Below the pieces are notes generated by a model. It ran no database searches. It was given only the letters and a program-made list of their open reading frames with translations, and was not told the origin of the DNA. Both the position numbers and the translations under genes were made by a program. From a virus (lineage: Duplodnaviria > Caudoviricetes), in IMG/VR virus record IMGVR_UViG_3300038379_000063, positions 1-49,195 of that record: DNA of 49,195 nucleotides; one strand, given 5' to 3'. Below, piece by piece: positions 46,682-49,195 of the stretch. Each line of letters opens with the position of its first letter. The stretch's first letter is position 1.

Positions 46682-46844
46682 TCTTTTAGATTTAGCTATA
46701 AAAGACGGTATCAACGGCGGATGGCAACGAGCGCATAAACACACCGATGATCCTGGCGAAGAACATATCGCCGAGCAGATTCACCATTACATCATGCTGG
46801 CGATATCTGAATACTTCGATTTCGAAGACGAGTTTAAGGAATAG
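46662..46844 (+). CDS. Hypothetical phage protein
   Basis: GW.RAHKH.D.P...I.EYFDF pattern common in small phage proteins. Confidence 0.7.
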   Translation: MRVKVYNLLDLAIKDGINGGWQRAHKHTDDPGEEHIAEQIHHYIMLAISEYFDFEDEFKE

Positions 46845-46900
46845 GTATTCTAACACCCTAAAAAAGGTATTTAGATACCTAAATCGGGTATTTTAATACC
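46844..46900. repeat. Three phased 14-bp palindromes GGTA-N6-(T/C)ACC
   Basis: 46844-57, 46866-79 and 46887-46900, with start-to-start spacing 22 and 21 bp. Confidence 0.85.
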
Positions 46901-47794
46901 CTATCGCTTAAACCGACCCTGAAGGTCTAGAATAGCTTCCGCTTCCAATTGTCGGATTCGTTCTCTGGATAACCCGTAATGATCGCCGATTTCTTTCAGC
47001 GTCATGTCGTTATCATCCACGAAACCGAAGCGCCGAACTAGAATAGCGCGCTGAATTTCCGGCAGTTCATCCAAATGCCGATGCAACTCTTCCGCTAATT
47101 CATGATCAATAAGTTCGTCTCTTGGATGAATAAATTCATCAGGGATAGCATCCGAGAGCTTTAGATCGCCTTCCCCTACGGTCCTGTCTAGAGTATCAGT
47201 GATCTTTGGCGCGGTTAATCGCCGTTCCTCATTCTCCAGGATATGAACCGGGATACGAATGGTAGCAGCGCCGTTCATCAGCGCTCGCGTGATATGGTGC
47301 CGAATCCAATGCGTTGCGTAAGTCGAAAACGCGAAACCTTTGCGCCAATCGAAACGATAAATCGCTTGGATGAGTCCGGTGTTACCTTCCTGAACTACAT
47401 CATCCGGCGAGAAATCACCGATGCTTTTATAGCGTTTGGCAATAGATAAAACTAGAAGCATGTTACCGAGAAAGATTCGATCCCGGATCATCTCTAGTTT
47501 ATGCCATTCCTGCCAAACTTTAACGCAGTGGCGCTTATGCAAGATGCCGTAAATCTTATTGATAAGTAGACCTAGTTTATCTAGCGGAAGATTAAGGCAG
47601 ACTAGATCTTGAAAACTACATTTACCTTCTTCGGCAAGTTCTTCAATCTGCTCTCGTTTGGCTGGACCGAGTAGCGCACACCAAACCTGAAGCTCTTGTT
47701 CTTCGAGAAGTTTGAATAGATTCTTATTCTCTTTGGGAGTAAACGCTCTATTCTGTTTTAGATCGCTCATGTATTCTGCTGATATTCCTAACAT
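46901..47794 (-). CDS. Phage-encoded sigma70-family (RpoD/RpoS-like) sigma factor
   Basis: NM.LV.SIAKRY, D.VQEG..GL..AI.RFD..KG..FSTYATHWIR, IRIPVH and TLKEIG..YGLSRERIRQLE. Confidence 0.93.
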   Translation of the reverse strand: MLGISAEYMSDLKQNRAFTPKENKNLFKLLEEQELQVWCALLGPAKREQIEELAEEGKCSFQDLVCLNLPLDKLGLLINKIYGILHKRHCVKVWQEWHKLEMIRDRIFLGNMLLVLSIAKRYKSIGDFSPDDVVQEGNTGLIQAIYRFDWRKGFAFSTYATHWIRHHITRALMNGAATIRIPVHILENEERRLTAPKITDTLDRTVGEGDLKLSDAIPDEFIHPRDELIDHELAEELHRHLDELPEIQRAILVRRFGFVDDNDMTLKEIGDHYGLSRERIRQLEAEAILDLQGRFKR

Positions 47795-47907
47795 TCCCCT
47801 CCGTCCTTCCTAAGTATTCCGACAACATACCTACTATATCAAACCCTAGTAACCATATAGTATCATTACCTTTCGGAAGGGGAAAACTAGGAAGGGTGTC
47901 TCCTGAA

Positions 47908-48549
47908 TTAAACTTTTTTTGCGAACGCATAGTCTAAAACTTTCTCCGCATGCTTCTTCATCCATACCGGTCCCGGGTCTTTTCTACGGCTAGGGTCAAG
48001 CTCGGAATGCTGATACATCGCGTCTTTCCGGTCGATTTTATAGTAATAAACCAATGCCTTCCAAACCCTACAAGCGGAATCTACCTGGGCATCCGGGAAT
48101 GATGTCCCGTCCCCAATAAGCTCGATACCCACGCTACAGAGGTTCGGTTTACCGTGCCCCGGGATCGGTTTACAGGTCTTACCGCCCGCATGCCAGCAAC
48201 CTTTAGTGAAAGGTGCCATTTGGATGATACGCCCATCCCCCTCGATAGAGACATGCCACGATGCTGCTCTATCCTCAGCGGTACGTGCCCCGCTACGGCG
48301 TTTCGCCATGTTTACAGCAGTTCCGTAGGCGGTAGCGGAATAATGCGCCACAATCGCTTTAGGCTGCTTATCCGGGGTGGATAGAGAGTTGTAGTACCAT
48401 GTAGGATGAATCGGGATACGCTCAACGTGCGGTCCGTACATCCACCCTGCCGGATCCGTCGCTATCATAAACTCTAAAGGCATAGGCTCCGGTTTTGATT
48501 GCAATTTGTTTATCAGTTCTTTCCAGAATTTCGCTGTTAGCCACAACAT
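47908..48549 (-). CDS. N-acetylmuramoyl-L-alanine amidase (Amidase_2), endolysin candidate
   Basis: IVAHY, SWH..I..DG.I.Q, WHAG, N..SVGIEL and H......K.DPG motifs. Confidence 0.9.
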   Translation of the reverse strand: MLWLTAKFWKELINKLQSKPEPMPLEFMIATDPAGWMYGPHVERIPIHPTWYYNSLSTPDKQPKAIVAHYSATAYGTAVNMAKRRSGARTAEDRAASWHVSIEGDGRIIQMAPFTKGCWHAGGKTCKPIPGHGKPNLCSVGIELIGDGTSFPDAQVDSACRVWKALVYYYKIDRKDAMYQHSELDPSRRKDPGPVWMKKHAEKVLDYAFAKKV

Positions 48550-49195
48550 ATTTATTCTTCGTTCCGTATGGGTTTTCGGTATCGTAATAATAGCTTCCGC
48601 GACCGGGAACCTCTATCATGTCCTTATTATCTTTATCGGTATAAAACTCGGTGCAATCTTTACCGTCAAACTCGCGCGGGACGGACTTAAGGTCTTCTAC
48701 CCGTTCTTCTTTGTAAGGAATAGTGGTTAGATTTTCTTTCGGTTCCTCGCCGAAAACTAGATCGTTTATATATTCCCACGGTCTGCCCGGATCTTCCGGT
48801 AGCAATCCTGAATATACCGCCTGAGCGATAGCCATATTCAAGCTAGCAGCAGCATGGGCGAGATGCGGAAGGTTACTCGCACCTACCGGGCATCCCGGTT
48901 TAGAGTCTAGGTCCGCTGCATACGCAGCGATCTTCATAGCAGTTTCTTGTTCAAGATTCGGATCGTCCGCTTGATTCTTTTCCATTTCATCCAGGGTTTG
49001 GATGATATGGTTTACCGTTGCACGGAGATATTGACGAAGACGAAGGTAGTCGCCTTTCAACGAATCCATCGAGCGGAGATAGTTCGCCCGTTCGTACTTG
49101 GCATCACCATACTCGCAAGCGCGAGCGCAATAATTCAGAAAAGGCGTACGGACATGAGTAATATCCGGTTTCCTTTTGGATGTAAGACCTTCCTT
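48422..49195 (-). CDS. dATP/dGTP diphosphohydrolase-like (DUF5664) protein; 5' end runs off the window
   Basis: Frame open to the window end (KEGLTSKRKPDITHV...YGDAKYERANY). SNLPHLAHAA motif. Confidence 0.7.
   Translation of the reverse strand, partial: KEGLTSKRKPDITHVRTPFLNYCARACEYGDAKYERANYLRSMDSLKGDYLRLRQYLRATVNHIIQTLDEMEKNQADDPNLEQETAMKIAAYAADLDSKPGCPVGASNLPHLAHAAASLNMAIAQAVYSGLLPEDPGRPWEYINDLVFGEEPKENLTTIPYKEERVEDLKSVPREFDGKDCTEFYTDKDNKDMIEVPGRGSYYYDTENPYGTKNKYVVANSEILERTDKQIAIKTGAYAFRVYDSDGSGRVDVRTAR

Larger units (their letters stand above)
1..49195. mobile_element. Apparently complete myovirus-type bacteriophage genome, probably lytic
   Basis: Full head, contractile tail, baseplate, terminase, replication and lysis gene sets. 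No host housekeeping flanks. The ends join within one ORF. Confidence 0.93.

Noticed and set aside
40809-49195. Z-genome (2-aminoadenine) system suggested by HD hydrolase, DUF5664 and PolA
   Set aside because: No PurZ/adenylosuccinate synthetase-like gene in an apparently complete genome, and an adenine methylase is present.
1-49195. Alternative genetic code or stop-codon reassignment given the many TAG/CTA triplets
   Set aside because: Standard-code ORFs tile both arms densely, and TAG ends several well-defined genes.

Overview
The window looks like an essentially complete ~49 kb genome of a contractile-tailed (myovirus-type) dsDNA phage. The two ends join inside one gene if 2 nt overlap. 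The minus strand carries terminase, DUF1073 portal, DUF2213 protease, DUF2184 capsid, neck, DUF3383 sheath, DUF3277 tube, a frameshifting chaperone, tape measure, baseplate and fibres, lysis candidates, nucleotide hydrolases and a sigma70-family factor. The plus strand carries a replication/early module: primase-helicase, Cas4-like exonuclease, Fic protein, SF2 helicase, MazG, HD hydrolase, family A polymerase, Dam-type methylase and RuvC-like resolvase. No integrase, CI-type repressor, tRNA or CRISPR was seen. The most striking signals are non-coding. (1) Two matching sigma54 (-24/-12) promoters with phased palindromic boxes and an IHF site drive a reverse-oriented cassette between portal and terL. 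(2) An H-type pseudoknot or switch can mask the RBS of an unannotated 30-codon leader ORF that is translationally coupled to the primase-helicase. (3) A stem-closed RNA candidate displays an anti-Shine-Dalgarno plus anti-AUG sequence, and several genes appear to be leaderless. (4) There is an ~80-bp quasi-palindromic origin candidate and a triad of phased palindromes at the convergence point. Sigma54 use and an SspB-like gene hint at a Myxococcota/deltaproteobacterial host (inference). All family calls come from motif recognition by eye, not from database searches.
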